Position numbers and translations under genes: made by a program. A stretch of 64,000 nt of DNA from a candidate division WOR-3 bacterium. Its GTDB lineage: Bacteria; Hydrothermota; Tepidihabitantia; SM23-42. Positions 36,405-46,574 of the stretch are shown here, in pieces. The notes under the pieces were generated by a model, which saw only the letters and a list, made by a program, of their open reading frames with translations, was not told where the DNA came from and made no database searches. Location of the stretch: contig JALVOT010000017.1 in NCBI GenBank assembly GCA_027026255.1, positions 177,670-241,669 of the forward strand, given 5' to 3'. Within the stretch, counting starts at the first letter, position 1. The number at the start of each line of letters is the position of its first letter.

Positions 36405-38474
36405 ATGAAGAAGCTGTTCTTGGTATTATTAACGGTGCCTTTCCTGCTCCTTGCTCAGGAGATTACCATCTATGGAAATCATGGAATGTTCCGGATACAG
36501 TATGCCCAGCCCCATAATATGGGTATGTTCTCATTCCATTTTGCTCCTCAGGAAAGGTTTGAGAGTTTTAATGTTCAAATCAATGGTCAGACCACAACAG
36601 ACCGACGCCACTATTTTGATTTAACCACTGGATTATCCTATGCAATTACCGATTTCCTTGAAACCCGGTTTCATGCCACGCCGTTTACGAAATGGTATGA
36701 AGCAAATGATTACCCTGAAGAGAGAGGGGACCCTTATCCACCGATTGGGGTCAAAGACTTAGAGCTCGGCGCCAAAGGAGGTTATCTCTTTGCTGTTGAT
36801 AAACAGACACCAATCTCTTATGCGTTGGGTGTTGATGCCTATTTAAGATTTGGCCCGGGTCTTTCTAAAGATTACTTTTCCAATGCCTGGAACAATGACC
36901 GTGCATTATATGCAGATACCTTCCATCATATTGCCCCGCATTTTCCACCCTATATACCCCATGACCCTGATTACGGCGTAACCGGACTTTTCGACTTTCG
37001 AATCGGCCCTTTTGCCACCCACTTCAATGTTGGATACTGGTCCACAGGCCGGGACATAAATCCTGGTTATGTCCGTTATGAAGATATGCACCAGAGACCT
37101 GATTACATAACCAACGCCGCAGGTATTGAGCTGTTACCGTCTGACGATATTAGAATTCTTTTTGAGGCATACGGACTTTTTGATACTGACGCAAGTACGG
37201 AATCATTATGGGTGACCCCGGGGTTGCGATTCGGTGCGCATAGTGTCAGCTTTGATTTAGGATGTGATCTGGGAATAGTTAACCCTGATATTCATACCCC
37301 ATTCTGGTGGAAAGCATTCTTTAACTTATCTACAGGTGCCGATCTGGTCAAAAAAGTAGAAGTCCATATACCTGTGGCGAAAGTTTCCGGTAAAGTAATT
37401 GATTCCCAGACCGAAGAACCGGTTGCTGCGACCATCACCTTCCCGGGTTCAGATAAAGAACCGATAAAAACATCTGCTGATGGTTATTATGAAACAACAT
37501 TCTCGCCGGGCACCTACCGACTCCATTTTGCCGCCCCTAATTACCGCTGGCAGGAAAAAGGTGTGGTCTTAAAGGATGGAGACCAGATTATCCTGGATAT
37601 TAAACTGCATCGCAAACTTGTCACCAAAATTATCGGTAAAGTCTATGATATTGATACCAAGGAACCTCTAATCGCCCAGATCAGCTTTCCTCAGACGAAA
37701 TTTAAACCAATCACCACAGATACTGCAGGTTTCTATTCTGCCACCCTGGGTCCGGGTATATTCCGAATTCATGTTGAGGCAACCAATTATCAATTTGGCG
37801 AAAAGGTGATTACCTTAAAATCCGGTGAATCAAAGGTTGTCGATATTGGATTAAAGAAACTCGGTGTTGCCCAGGCAATATTAACCGGTAAGATTTCCGA
37901 TGTGAAGACTGGAAAACCGCTCCTTGCCCAGGTTACATTCGTGGGCACAAAGATTCCCGTTGTTACAACCGACCCCGGCACCGGTATATATAAGGTAACG
38001 GTTCCACCGGGAACATATTCATTAAAAATAACTGCAGAAAACTATGTACCGGAGAGTGCTCCAATTGTGCTTAAAAAGGATGAGACGAAAATTCAAAATT
38101 TCTCCCTGAAGCCGATACCCAAAGTCGGTGAAAAGATAATTCTTAAGGGAATCTACTTTGACTTCAATTCAGCAGTAATAAAACCTGAATCCTATCCGGT
38201 TCTGGACGACGCAGCCAGGATCCTCAAGGCGAAGCCCAATATGCGGGTAGAAATCGGTGGTCATACCGATAGCATCGGTTCTGATTCCTATAATATGAAA
38301 CTCTCATATCAGCGGGCGAATGCGGTAAGGGATTATCTGATACGCTACCACAATATTGACCCATCAAGGTTGATTGCGGTCGGTTATGGAGAAACCAGAC
38401 CGATTGCCGACAACCGAACCAGGGCGGGTCGGGATCTGAACCGTCGAATTGAGTTCAAGATCTTAAGCTGGTAG
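36405..38474 (+). CDS. OmpA-family outer-membrane protein with four carboxypeptidase-regulatory-like (CarbopepD_reg) repeats.
   Basis: 689-aa ORF with a signal peptide and four repeats of the type KVSGKVIDSQTEEPVAATITFPG...DGYYETTFSPGTYRL. The C-terminal OmpA domain is GIYFDFNSAVIKPES...GHTDSIGSDSYNMKLSYQRANAV. Confidence 0.85.
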   Translation: MKKLFLVLLTVPFLLLAQEITIYGNHGMFRIQYAQPHNMGMFSFHFAPQERFESFNVQINGQTTTDRRHYFDLTTGLSYAITDFLETRFHATPFTKWYEANDYPEERGDPYPPIGVKDLELGAKGGYLFAVDKQTPISYALGVDAYLRFGPGLSKDYFSNAWNNDRALYADTFHHIAPHFPPYIPHDPDYGVTGLFDFRIGPFATHFNVGYWSTGRDINPGYVRYEDMHQRPDYITNAAGIELLPSDDIRILFEAYGLFDTDASTESLWVTPGLRFGAHSVSFDLGCDLGIVNPDIHTPFWWKAFFNLSTGADLVKKVEVHIPVAKVSGKVIDSQTEEPVAATITFPGSDKEPIKTSADGYYETTFSPGTYRLHFAAPNYRWQEKGVVLKDGDQIILDIKLHRKLVTKIIGKVYDIDTKEPLIAQISFPQTKFKPITTDTAGFYSATLGPGIFRIHVEATNYQFGEKVITLKSGESKVVDIGLKKLGVAQAILTGKISDVKTGKPLLAQVTFVGTKIPVVTTDPGTGIYKVTVPPGTYSLKITAENYVPESAPIVLKKDETKIQNFSLKPIPKVGEKIILKGIYFDFNSAVIKPESYPVLDDAARILKAKPNMRVEIGGHTDSIGSDSYNMKLSYQRANAVRDYLIRYHNIDPSRLIAVGYGETRPIADNRTRAGRDLNRRIEFKILSW

Positions 38475-38484
38475 AAATTTAAAA

Positions 38485-38513
38485 GAGGGGGCATTTAGCC
38501 CCCTCTTTTTTTA
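38485..38513 (+). terminator. Intrinsic terminator.
   Basis: GAGGGGGC-attta-GCCCCCTC followed by T7. Confidence 0.8.
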
Positions 38514-38699
38514 TTCCATTCTAAAAAATCTCCGTCTTTTATATATTCACAATTTTTTGTTTCCCTCACAACATCTTATCTTCTTGACTTCACTTTTTTC
38601 AAATTTGCAGTGTATTTTCGGTTTGTAAATTTAAATATATACTACTTAACAACCGTGTATAATTAAATACAATCCATCCATAATAATGAATATCCCTTT

Positions 38700-39236
38700 T
38701 CATTTAATTAAATAATTCCTGCATAAGGCAATTAGATATATTAAAATAATAATCAAAACAGTCGGCCATTCTGCTTTTAAGTTTCTCAGTTGAAATTTTT
38801 CTTTTTTTGTTGTTAGATTTTTCAGATAACGGGTTTCCGCATTGCTGATGATTGAATACTCGGCGATAAAGCAGAGAATAATTATTATTGACAACCAGGG
38901 TTGAGGGTTGAATAGAATTATTACGCCGCAGACAAGAAAGAAATTGCCGAAGTAAATCGGATGTTTTAAAAGTTTGAATGGACCATTTTCTATTTTAGAT
39001 TCTGTATTGAATTCTGAACCCCTCGATTTTTGACCCAGATATCCAACTGCCCATAACCTCAGACCAATACCTGTTATAATAAATGGAATTGACGACAAAT
39101 TCGCTTCCCGGGCAAAAATAATAATTAAAATAAAAAACGGCGCCGGGATGATGCCACGATGGTGATATAAAAAATGTCCTAAATTATAGATTTTTTTCAA
39201 CCCTATTGATTGGTCGATAGATATAATAATCTCCAA
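38700..39236 (-). CDS. Isoprenylcysteine carboxyl methyltransferase-family (ICMT/PEMT-like) membrane methyltransferase.
   Basis: 178-aa polytopic ORF. Its C-terminal region NGPFKLLKHPIYFGNFFLVCG is typical of the family. Confidence 0.6.
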   Translation of the reverse strand: MEIIISIDQSIGLKKIYNLGHFLYHHRGIIPAPFFILIIIFAREANLSSIPFIITGIGLRLWAVGYLGQKSRGSEFNTESKIENGPFKLLKHPIYFGNFFLVCGVIILFNPQPWLSIIIILCFIAEYSIISNAETRYLKNLTTKKEKFQLRNLKAEWPTVLIIILIYLIALCRNYLIK

Positions 39237-40623
39237 TCCTCTGCTGCAGAATGTAATTATCTTTTATCATTTCAGCCATCGCCTCGGTTAATCGGGTTCT
39301 ATCGATGGTTTTATTAAGGTCAAAGGTGAGAATAATTTTAGAAAATTTCCTTTCCCTTATATCCTGAAGAAAATCATTCTGTTTCCAGATTCTCTGGTTT
39401 GACAACTGGGTGAAGATAAAAGGCTGGAATAAAACTTCTTTATTATTAAGCACCAAAAGGCCGGCATCCTCGGATAAAATCGGTTCCGGGCTATGTTTGA
39501 TTACATCGGATAATATCCGCATCTGACGCTGACTTAGTCGCTTTCTGGTATATCCGGTTAAATAAGGAATATGGAAAAAGATTATTAATTGTATCAATAA
39601 AAGGGAATAGATTATAAACTTTTCTTTCTCTAATTTGTTTAAGACGCTTCCAATTATGATGGCACCGGCACCGATGAATTCACAGAAATAATTATAATTG
39701 GAGCCGACCTTCCCGGCACTCAATGCAACAATTCCGGATAGAATAAAGTAGTATATGAATAAATGATTCTGTTTGGGTCTATAAATAATCCAGAAAAATG
39801 TGAGACCGATTATTATTGAATGAATCTGCAGGGTTCTGATATACATCTTTATTAACTGATGCAGACTAAAAGTATTAATATTATAAATATAATTATGGAG
39901 AAAGAATTGTCCGTGGGTAAAATGGTTAATAAAAAAGAAGATTATTAAATAAAGACCAATCAATAAACAGACAAAGATGAGTGCCTTTTTGTAGTCTTTT
40001 GACAGCAGATATACCACTGCGGCGGCCGGTGCCGCGATAAAGGACTGTTTGGTATATAAGGCGAGGATAAAAAAAATTACCGCGCTGAAGACGATTCGGG
40101 AATTTTCAAATCTATAGATAAAATATAAACCTGCAAGGCTGAATAAAAATGCGAGGACATCAACCCTTGCGATTGGGAAATAATTATAGATATACGGTGA
40201 AGCGATAAAGAGCCCGGCAGCCAGAAATGCGCCAGGACGGTTTTTATCTTCTGCCTGATTCGATTTTTTTGATATGATATAGATCAACAATGCAGAAAAA
40301 AGGGTTGCCAGAAAGGTGATAAGACGGCCGGGGATAAATGAGATACCAAATAGTTTGATAAAAATGCTGTTTAAAAATGGAAACAAAGGGGGATAATTAC
40401 TTACAATATAGGGGTAGATATGGATATCTTGATAGATTGATTTTCCTTGGGCAAGCAGATCCGCCTGATTCAAAACAATGCCCTCACCATAGGCGACAGG
40501 AAACGGATAGGTGACTAAAAGATAAGATTGTAAAATAAAGAAAAGGGAATATACAATCAGCCCAACGATGATTGCAATTTTGAGCATCTTAAACATCGTT
40601 TTATGATATGAATCTTCTTTCAT
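39184..40623 (-). CDS. Polytopic glycosyltransferase, family 39/83-like (ArnT/PMT-type).
   Basis: 479-aa ORF with at least 10 TM helices. Its N-terminal architecture resembles dolichyl-phosphate-mannose / undecaprenyl-phosphate sugar transferases. Confidence 0.5.
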   Translation of the reverse strand: MKEDSYHKTMFKMLKIAIIVGLIVYSLFFILQSYLLVTYPFPVAYGEGIVLNQADLLAQGKSIYQDIHIYPYIVSNYPPLFPFLNSIFIKLFGISFIPGRLITFLATLFSALLIYIISKKSNQAEDKNRPGAFLAAGLFIASPYIYNYFPIARVDVLAFLFSLAGLYFIYRFENSRIVFSAVIFFILALYTKQSFIAAPAAAVVYLLSKDYKKALIFVCLLIGLYLIIFFFINHFTHGQFFLHNYIYNINTFSLHQLIKMYIRTLQIHSIIIGLTFFWIIYRPKQNHLFIYYFILSGIVALSAGKVGSNYNYFCEFIGAGAIIIGSVLNKLEKEKFIIYSLLLIQLIIFFHIPYLTGYTRKRLSQRQMRILSDVIKHSPEPILSEDAGLLVLNNKEVLFQPFIFTQLSNQRIWKQNDFLQDIRERKFSKIILTFDLNKTIDRTRLTEAMAEMIKDNYILQQRIGDYYIYRPINRVEKNL

Positions 40624-40631
40624 AAAATAAA

Positions 40632-40715
40632 TGCCGGGAAGGGGATTTGAACCCCTACACCCTTTCAGGCATTAGGTCCTGAACCTAACGCGTCTGCCAA
40701 TTCCGCCATCCCGGC
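40632..40715 (-). tRNA. tRNA-Leu (anticodon CAG).
   Basis: The reverse complement gives GCCGGGA-UG-GCGGAAUUGGCAGACGC-GUUAGG-UUCAGGA-CCUAA-long variable arm-AGGGG-UUCAAAU-CCCCU-UCCCGGC-A. Confidence 0.8.
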
Positions 40716-40867
40716 CTGGTCTATGATATACAATTATTAAAGGATGTCAAGTTTCACCATCTATCATTGGTTTTTAAAAATTACATTCTCAGTAAATTTA
40801 TGGCAATTCACTGACTTATAATTTCAGCCAAAGAAAAACGATTAGAAACCCTGCTTGCTTAAAATAA

Positions 40868-41086
40868 TCATTTCTTATTCAGCTGTTCTTCAAGTTCAAC
40901 AACCCTTCGGGCGAGTTTTTCCTTTTCACCTTCCTTTTCTTTACTCCAGATTCTTGTAAGCATTCCGAATGATATTATCATAAGAATCAGACCCCAGAAC
41001 GGAATAAACCAGGTAAACAGATTGAATATATGAAATAGTAATGCGACCAACCCGATAATAAAGACAATAAATGCCCAGTTAATCAT
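40868..41086 (-). CDS. Small membrane protein (72 aa) with a charged C-terminal coiled segment.
   Basis: Two TM helices and a good Shine-Dalgarno (AAGGAGGG). A repeat-motif-associated promoter lies upstream. Confidence 0.5.
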   Translation of the reverse strand: MINWAFIVFIIGLVALLFHIFNLFTWFIPFWGLILMIISFGMLTRIWSKEKEGEKEKLARRVVELEEQLNKK

Positions 41087-41150
41087 AAAGCCCTCCTTAT
41101 AAACTATAATATTCTAAAGAGAATTTTGTCTTTGTCAAGGGAGTTGTCCC

Positions 41151-41205
41151 CTGACTCCTCTCCACTTTTTATCTTGATTGTTTAAGAAATATGTAAGTTA
41201 CAGTG
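41151..41205 (-). repeat. Repeat element copy G. It is a short right-end stub in minus orientation.
   Basis: The reverse complement reads ...TGTAACTTACATATTTCTTAAACAATCAAGATAAAAAGTGGAGAGGAGTCAG. A further 16 nt separate this from TTGACA. Confidence 0.75.
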
Positions 41206-41339
41206 CAGTTTTCCCCTATATCCTTTATCCCAAAATTTCCTCCGGCCCCTGATGGAAAGATTCACCTCGTATATCCCCCGTCCTTAATGGAAGAAGATTA
41301 AGGAGAAAGTGTATTTTTATGGTGTCAATTAAATTGAAA

Positions 41340-42416
41340 TCACCCTTTTTTAAATTTTTTCTTACCGGAGATTATTCTCTGTTCAAATGGAGATTTTCGG
41401 ATTATCGAAAGTTCTGATTTTGCATCTTTAATAACAGCCTGAGCATTACTGTTTTCTCCAGATATCGTCTGAAAGGCACTTGCCCCGGCAATTCTGCCTT
41501 CCAGCATTGCTGTGGATGCCTCTTCAATTGAGGCAAGGTCTCCACAGACAAAGATATGGGGCCTGGAAGTCATCATATCTTCATTATGAACCGGCACATT
41601 TCCTCCAAGTTCCGGTATATACTGAATCTGGCAACCGGCTTGATAAAGCAGATCACATAAGGGGGAAAGTCCGATCGCAATAAGAATCATATCACATTCT
41701 ATTCTCTTTTCTGTTCCCTTGATGGGTTTGAAATTTTCATCCACCCTGGTGATGAAGGCAGATTCCACAGTTTCTTTCCCCTGCGCCTCGATTATTGTGT
41801 GGCTCAGATAAACAGGAACTCCTGCCCTTTTTATCTTTGCCGCATGCACATAATATCCACCCACCCTATCAAGAATTTCAACGATCCCGGCAACCTCAAC
41901 ACCAGCCTGTAATAATTGATAAGGAACAATTAAACCGATATTTCCGGAGCCTATTACCAATGCCTTTTTTCCCGGTATTACCCCATAAACATTCATTAAA
42001 GTCTGGACTGCACCAGCCCCATATACTCCAGGTAGATCAGAATTTTCAAAGGTGAGCATATTTTCGGTTGCTCCGGTTGCAAAGATATACCTCTTCGCCT
42101 TCACATTAAAAAGACTATCATGCTTCAGAACACCGATTGAATCGTCGTCATAGTATCCAATTACCGTAGCAGGATTTATTGTCTCAACCGCCATTTCTTC
42201 AACCTTATGGCTAAGAATTCTGGCGATATCAATACCACGAATGCCGCAATAATGTTTTTTCGAACCAAAGAATTTATGGGTTTGTTTGATAAGCTGACCA
42301 CCCAGAACCGGATTGTCATCGATTATTAAAACCCGGGCGCCCAATTCCCGGGCAACAATGGCGGCCTGGAGCCCGGCCGGGCCGCCGCCAATTACACATA
42401 TATCGGTCTGTATCAT
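41340..42416 (-). CDS. FAD/NAD(P)-binding oxidoreductase (pyridine nucleotide-disulfide oxidoreductase family; sarcosine/opine oxidase alpha-like or HcnB-like).
   Basis: 358-aa ORF with the dinucleotide-binding motif DICVIGGGPAGLQAA and a second GxGxxG motif (ALVIGSGNIGL). Confidence 0.6.
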   Translation of the reverse strand: MIQTDICVIGGGPAGLQAAIVARELGARVLIIDDNPVLGGQLIKQTHKFFGSKKHYCGIRGIDIARILSHKVEEMAVETINPATVIGYYDDDSIGVLKHDSLFNVKAKRYIFATGATENMLTFENSDLPGVYGAGAVQTLMNVYGVIPGKKALVIGSGNIGLIVPYQLLQAGVEVAGIVEILDRVGGYYVHAAKIKRAGVPVYLSHTIIEAQGKETVESAFITRVDENFKPIKGTEKRIECDMILIAIGLSPLCDLLYQAGCQIQYIPELGGNVPVHNEDMMTSRPHIFVCGDLASIEEASTAMLEGRIAGASAFQTISGENSNAQAVIKDAKSELSIIRKSPFEQRIISGKKKFKKG

Positions 42417-42724
42417 CTAAGCCGTCCCCTGCCTTTTTGACGATAGACCCTCATCCCCTGTTTCAAAGGCTCCATACAGACCATCACATTGGGTCTGCCG
42501 TCCACCTCCATCAGACAGGAAGAACATTTACCCACGGCGCAGAAGAATCCCCGGGGGCGATTGTAGCGTTCTGAATAACGGAGCACCCTTATCCCTGCAG
42601 CATGAAGAGCGGCTGCAATGGGCTGGCCTTCATAACCTTCAAGTTCTTTATCTTCAAAATAGAATTTTACCTTTTTACCTCTGCTGAATTTCAAGATTGG
42701 ATGTTCAAAAATATAACCTTTCAT
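42413..42724 (-). CDS. (2Fe-2S)-binding protein (small subunit of an oxidase, HcnA / sarcosine oxidase alpha N-terminal-like).
   Basis: 103-aa ORF with the Cys cluster CAVGKCSSCLMEV...CME. Its start overlaps the downstream gene. Confidence 0.55.
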   Translation of the reverse strand: MKGYIFEHPILKFSRGKKVKFYFEDKELEGYEGQPIAAALHAAGIRVLRYSERYNRPRGFFCAVGKCSSCLMEVDGRPNVMVCMEPLKQGMRVYRQKGRGRLR

Positions 42725-43488
42725 TATATTTTAAAATATCTTACAGCATTTTTAAAAATAAGTAATCCATCACCGGACTCGGGTAAATTCTTTCGAGTAT
42801 GATTGGGATGCTGAAGATAAGAGATAAAACGTTCAGGATGGGGCATCAATCCCAGAATCCTGCCGGTCGGGTCCGCAATACCCGCGATATTCATCATTGA
42901 ACCGTTGGGATTGAATGGATAACCGGCTGGCTCACCTTTATCATTAACATATTGAAATACGATATAATTTTTTATTTTATCCAGAACTCCATTCTCAGTT
43001 ACAAATTTACCTTCGGCATGGGCGACTGGCAGGGTAATCAGAGATTTGATACCCCGGGTAAACACTGAATGTTCCGCATCGACCTTTAAAAATACCCAGC
43101 GGTCTTCAAATCTCTCGGAATCATTTGTAATGAGACTCACACACTGTTTTTTAAAATAACCATTGATTCCCGGCAGGATACCGGCTTTAACCAGAACCTG
43201 AAATCCATTACAGATTCCAATGATTAATCTGTCCTTTTCAATAAATTTCAGAAGTTTGTCCTGGAGCTTATACTTAATCTCATTGGCGAGAATCTTACCT
43301 GCAGAGATATCATCACCATAGGTAAATCCACCAGGCAGGGCGATGACCTGATATTTCAAAATATCCATCCTGATGATTTCATCGATGTAGACCCTTTCTG
43401 GTTCAGCACCTGCCTTTTCAAAGGCAAAGGCGGTTTCAATATCGCAATTTGTTCCTGCTGCCCTTAGAACCAGAACCTTTGGTTTCAT
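42724..43488 (-). CDS. purQ: Phosphoribosylformylglycinamidine synthase glutaminase subunit PurQ-like.
   Basis: 254-aa ORF with a class I GATase domain. The catalytic Cys is in GICNGFQVL, and the FGAM-synthase glutaminase signature is LGLMPHPER. Confidence 0.7.
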   Translation of the reverse strand: MKPKVLVLRAAGTNCDIETAFAFEKAGAEPERVYIDEIIRMDILKYQVIALPGGFTYGDDISAGKILANEIKYKLQDKLLKFIEKDRLIIGICNGFQVLVKAGILPGINGYFKKQCVSLITNDSERFEDRWVFLKVDAEHSVFTRGIKSLITLPVAHAEGKFVTENGVLDKIKNYIVFQYVNDKGEPAGYPFNPNGSMMNIAGIADPTGRILGLMPHPERFISYLQHPNHTRKNLPESGDGLLIFKNAVRYFKI

Positions 43489-43499
43489 AAAAATGAATT

Positions 43500-44321
43500 T
43501 TATTCCAGGATAATCTTCTTGCTGTCAAATGCAGCCTCAATTTTATAATCAGGAAATTTGGTCCGTAATTCTCCGATCTGTTTATCAATGAATTGGTCCG
43601 AACTCATTGGGTCGTGATGGGTAAAGACGACATATTTTACCTGTGCGGCCTGAACGAGTTCAATCACCTGATTATAGGTCGAATGCCCCCAGCCTTTTTT
43701 GACTTTATATGCTTCATCATCATATTGGGCATCATGAATTAATAAATCACTATCTTTTATAAAATCGACAAAACTTTTATATGAAGTTCGGTGGCTTTCT
43801 GCATATATTTCATTATCGGTGAGAAAGCAAAAACTTCTCCCGCCCTCGGTGAATTTTAATCCGACTGTATAGTTGGGGTGGTTGTTAGTAATGGACTCAA
43901 CCCTGATGTGGTCAAGTGTAAAGGACTTTTCTATTGTTTTAAAGACAATCCTGGAAGGAAGGCCGTCAAACAGTGCCGGGAAAAAGGGCATTGCCATCTG
44001 ATATGAGAGGGCTTTTTTCGCCTCAATCTCTTTTGATGGACCATATATCTGAAGCTGGGTATCTTTAATATAAATCGGAATAAAAAATGGAAATCCCTGA
44101 ATATGATCCCAGTGATAATGGGTGAAGATTAAATTTATATTCTGTATTTTATTCTTAACCAAATAAAGACCAAGTTCGCGAATTCCGGTCCCGGCATCAA
44201 TCACTATTGGATTACCATCTTTTGATTCCACATAGATACAGGTAGTATTTCCTCCATACTTCCTGGTTTGATTGTCAGAAACCGGAATTGAACCACGAGT
44301 GCCGAAAAACTGAATTTTCAT
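43500..44321 (-). CDS. MBL-fold metallo-hydrolase.
   Basis: 273-aa ORF with the motif FTHYHWDHIQG (HxHxDH). Confidence 0.8.
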   Translation of the reverse strand: MKIQFFGTRGSIPVSDNQTRKYGGNTTCIYVESKDGNPIVIDAGTGIRELGLYLVKNKIQNINLIFTHYHWDHIQGFPFFIPIYIKDTQLQIYGPSKEIEAKKALSYQMAMPFFPALFDGLPSRIVFKTIEKSFTLDHIRVESITNNHPNYTVGLKFTEGGRSFCFLTDNEIYAESHRTSYKSFVDFIKDSDLLIHDAQYDDEAYKVKKGWGHSTYNQVIELVQAAQVKYVVFTHHDPMSSDQFIDKQIGELRTKFPDYKIEAAFDSKKIILE

Positions 44322-44324
44322 AAT

Positions 44325-44675
44325 CTATGTTTTATCTTTTGCTGTCTTCTGAGACATCCGACAGTTTCCCTCAAAGAAAACGCCTTTCTGCACAATAAGA
44401 CCCTTACAGACAACATCCCCCAGCATCGCAGCACCGCTCTGAAATTCGATCATCTCCTGGGCATTTATATTACCCTGAACCCGGCCGCCAACAATGGCAT
44501 CGCGGCAGACGATATTTCCTTTCACAACGGAACCCTTACCAATAATCACACTACCCTTAGTTGAGATATTACCTTCGACCGCACCATCAACCTTTGTAGC
44601 ACCATCAACCTTAATATCACCTTTTATCTTAGTCCCTTTTCCAATCACACTATCAATCCGTTCTTCCTTGCTCAT
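44325..44675 (-). CDS. Bactofilin (polymer-forming cytoskeletal protein).
   Basis: 116-aa ORF with the beta-helical repeat pattern IKGDIKVDGATKVDGAVEGNISTKGSVIIGKGSVVKGNIVC. Confidence 0.8.
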   Translation of the reverse strand: MSKEERIDSVIGKGTKIKGDIKVDGATKVDGAVEGNISTKGSVIIGKGSVVKGNIVCRDAIVGGRVQGNINAQEMIEFQSGAAMLGDVVCKGLIVQKGVFFEGNCRMSQKTAKDKT

Positions 44676-44946
44676 TCAACCTCCTTCACTTAAATCTAAA
44701 AATAATTATAATTAAATTTGGAAATAAGTCAATAATTTTTTGTAGCGGTAAAGTTCCGGATACTTCTCCTCAGTACCGCACCGCCTCCTCAATAAAACCA
44801 AACCGCCCCGCATTATCTCCCGACAGGCAGCCGGCTTATCCAGAATCCTCTCCCGCTCTTTCTTTATTCTGATAGATTATGTATTCACATACTGATTATA
44901 GCCAGAATCGAAAAACCATCAAACAAAATCAAACAAAAAAAATCCT

Positions 44947-45162
44947 GCTTCGCGCGGTTCAATTTTTACCAGTGCGGGCGGTATTTCCATTTTTCTCAGC
45001 GCGGGCGGCGTCCCCGCCGCCCGCTGGAAATTTGTCATCCTCAACTCGTTTCAGAATCTCCTGCAGCCCGCCAGGCGCCCTGCCTCGGGGCGGGACGCCC
45101 GCCGGCTATATTGTAACCTACACAGCTTACAAAAACCGGGACAAAAAGTGGAGAGGAATCAG
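44947..45162 (+). repeat. Repeat element copy C. It is the right half only, with a roughly 45-bp internal insertion that is shared with copy E.
   Basis: ...CAGTGCGGGCGGTATTTCCATTTTTCTCAGCGCGGGCGGCGTCCCCGCCGCCCGC...CCGGCTATATTGTAACCTACACAGCTTACAAAAACCGGGACAAAAAGTGGAGAGGAATCAG. Confidence 0.8.
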
Positions 45163-45208
45163 AAATTTAATCTATTGACTTTTCATAATTTTTTATTACA
45201 ATATCAGT

Positions 45209-46312
45209 ATGAAGATATGCGTTGTGGGTGGAGGCAGACAGGGCAGAGTGGCTGCCCAGGATTTGGCTGAATCCGGGTATCGGGTTACGGTCCTGGATAT
45301 AAATAAAAAGAATCTTAAAAATCTTTCACAACATAAAAATATTACCACCAGGGTTTTTACGGTCGAGAACCGAAAACAGTTTGTGAAACTCTTGAAAAAA
45401 TTTGACCTCATTGTCGGTGCTCTGCCGGCAAGATTGGGCAGGTATTTAATGGAATGTGCAATTGATGCAGGGATCGACCTTGTTGACCTATCCTATTTAC
45501 CGGAAGACCCTTTCCTGCTTGATAAAAAGGCAAAGGCGAAGAAGGTGCGTATCGTTCCTGATGCCGGATTCGCCCCTGGTCTCAGTAATATTATTGTTGG
45601 TAGATTCAATGAAGAGTTTGGGGGTCTGGATTATATTAAGATTATGGTCGGTGGATTACCGCAGAAACCGGTTCCGCCATTCAATTACTACATTACCTGG
45701 TCACCGGTGGATCTGATTGAGGAGTATACAAGAACAGCCCGTATTGTAAGGAATGATAAAATATTAAAGATCGAACCCTTAACCGGGATTGAGGAGTTCA
45801 AGATACCCCGGATTGGTCGGCTTGAAGCATTTTATACAGATGGCTTAAGAACGCTGCTTCGCACATTTAAAAAAACCAAAAATATGGAAGAAAAAACAAT
45901 TCGTTATACTGGTCATGCCCGGATTTTCAAAACCCTGATCGATATCGGTCTTTTTTCAGACAGAAAGATTAAAATTAATAGAAGCAACATCATACTTAAA
46001 AATTTTACGCTTGAATTTTTAAAAGAGGCGTTAACCCGGGGTGATGAAAAAGATATCTCCATCCTCAGAATTGAATTGAAAAAAGGAAGAAAAAGATGTC
46101 GGATTGAATGTATTGATTATTATGATACACATAAGAAGATAACATCAATGGCAAGACTCACCGCATATACCGGTTCAATTATTGCCCAGCATATCAAGGA
46201 ATATCCAAAATTTGGTGTTATCGCTCCAGAATACCTCGGTCAGAACCGGGATATCTGGGATAAAATCGAAACCGAACTCAAAAAACGAAGGATTAAATTA
46301 AGCTATAGATAA
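45209..46312 (+). CDS. Saccharopine dehydrogenase-family NAD(P)-binding oxidoreductase.
   Basis: 367-aa ORF with the N-terminal Rossmann motif MKICVVGGGRQGRVAA. A leaderless promoter TTGACT-16-TACAAT-6-ATG lies upstream. Confidence 0.65.
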   Translation: MKICVVGGGRQGRVAAQDLAESGYRVTVLDINKKNLKNLSQHKNITTRVFTVENRKQFVKLLKKFDLIVGALPARLGRYLMECAIDAGIDLVDLSYLPEDPFLLDKKAKAKKVRIVPDAGFAPGLSNIIVGRFNEEFGGLDYIKIMVGGLPQKPVPPFNYYITWSPVDLIEEYTRTARIVRNDKILKIEPLTGIEEFKIPRIGRLEAFYTDGLRTLLRTFKKTKNMEEKTIRYTGHARIFKTLIDIGLFSDRKIKINRSNIILKNFTLEFLKEALTRGDEKDISILRIELKKGRKRCRIECIDYYDTHKKITSMARLTAYTGSIIAQHIKEYPKFGVIAPEYLGQNRDIWDKIETELKKRRIKLSYR

Positions 46313-46574
46313 AAAACCCGCGGTCCCTGAAGATATTGAGGTTGAATGGTATTCAGAAAAAGGGATTCATACAAGGCCGAAGAGACTATGTATCAGGGGT
46401 ATCTGGTATGAGGTCTTCCAATATGAAAAGCGTATTGTTGAGGACAGAAAATCAAAAAAGAGACAGATAATTTTCTCCTGTCATATTGGCGACAACCTTA
46501 TTGTGGAGGTTAAGGTTGAATACAGATAATCCTCCGGTCATAAAACACTCCGGCAGGGTAGTATGTAAAAAAAT

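Noticed and set aside
46313-46505. An in-frame open stretch after the saccharopine dehydrogenase stop, encoding about 60 aa.
   Set aside because: It has no ATG/GTG/TTG start in frame until its last few codons and no RBS. It is most likely non-coding spacer upstream of repeat copy D.
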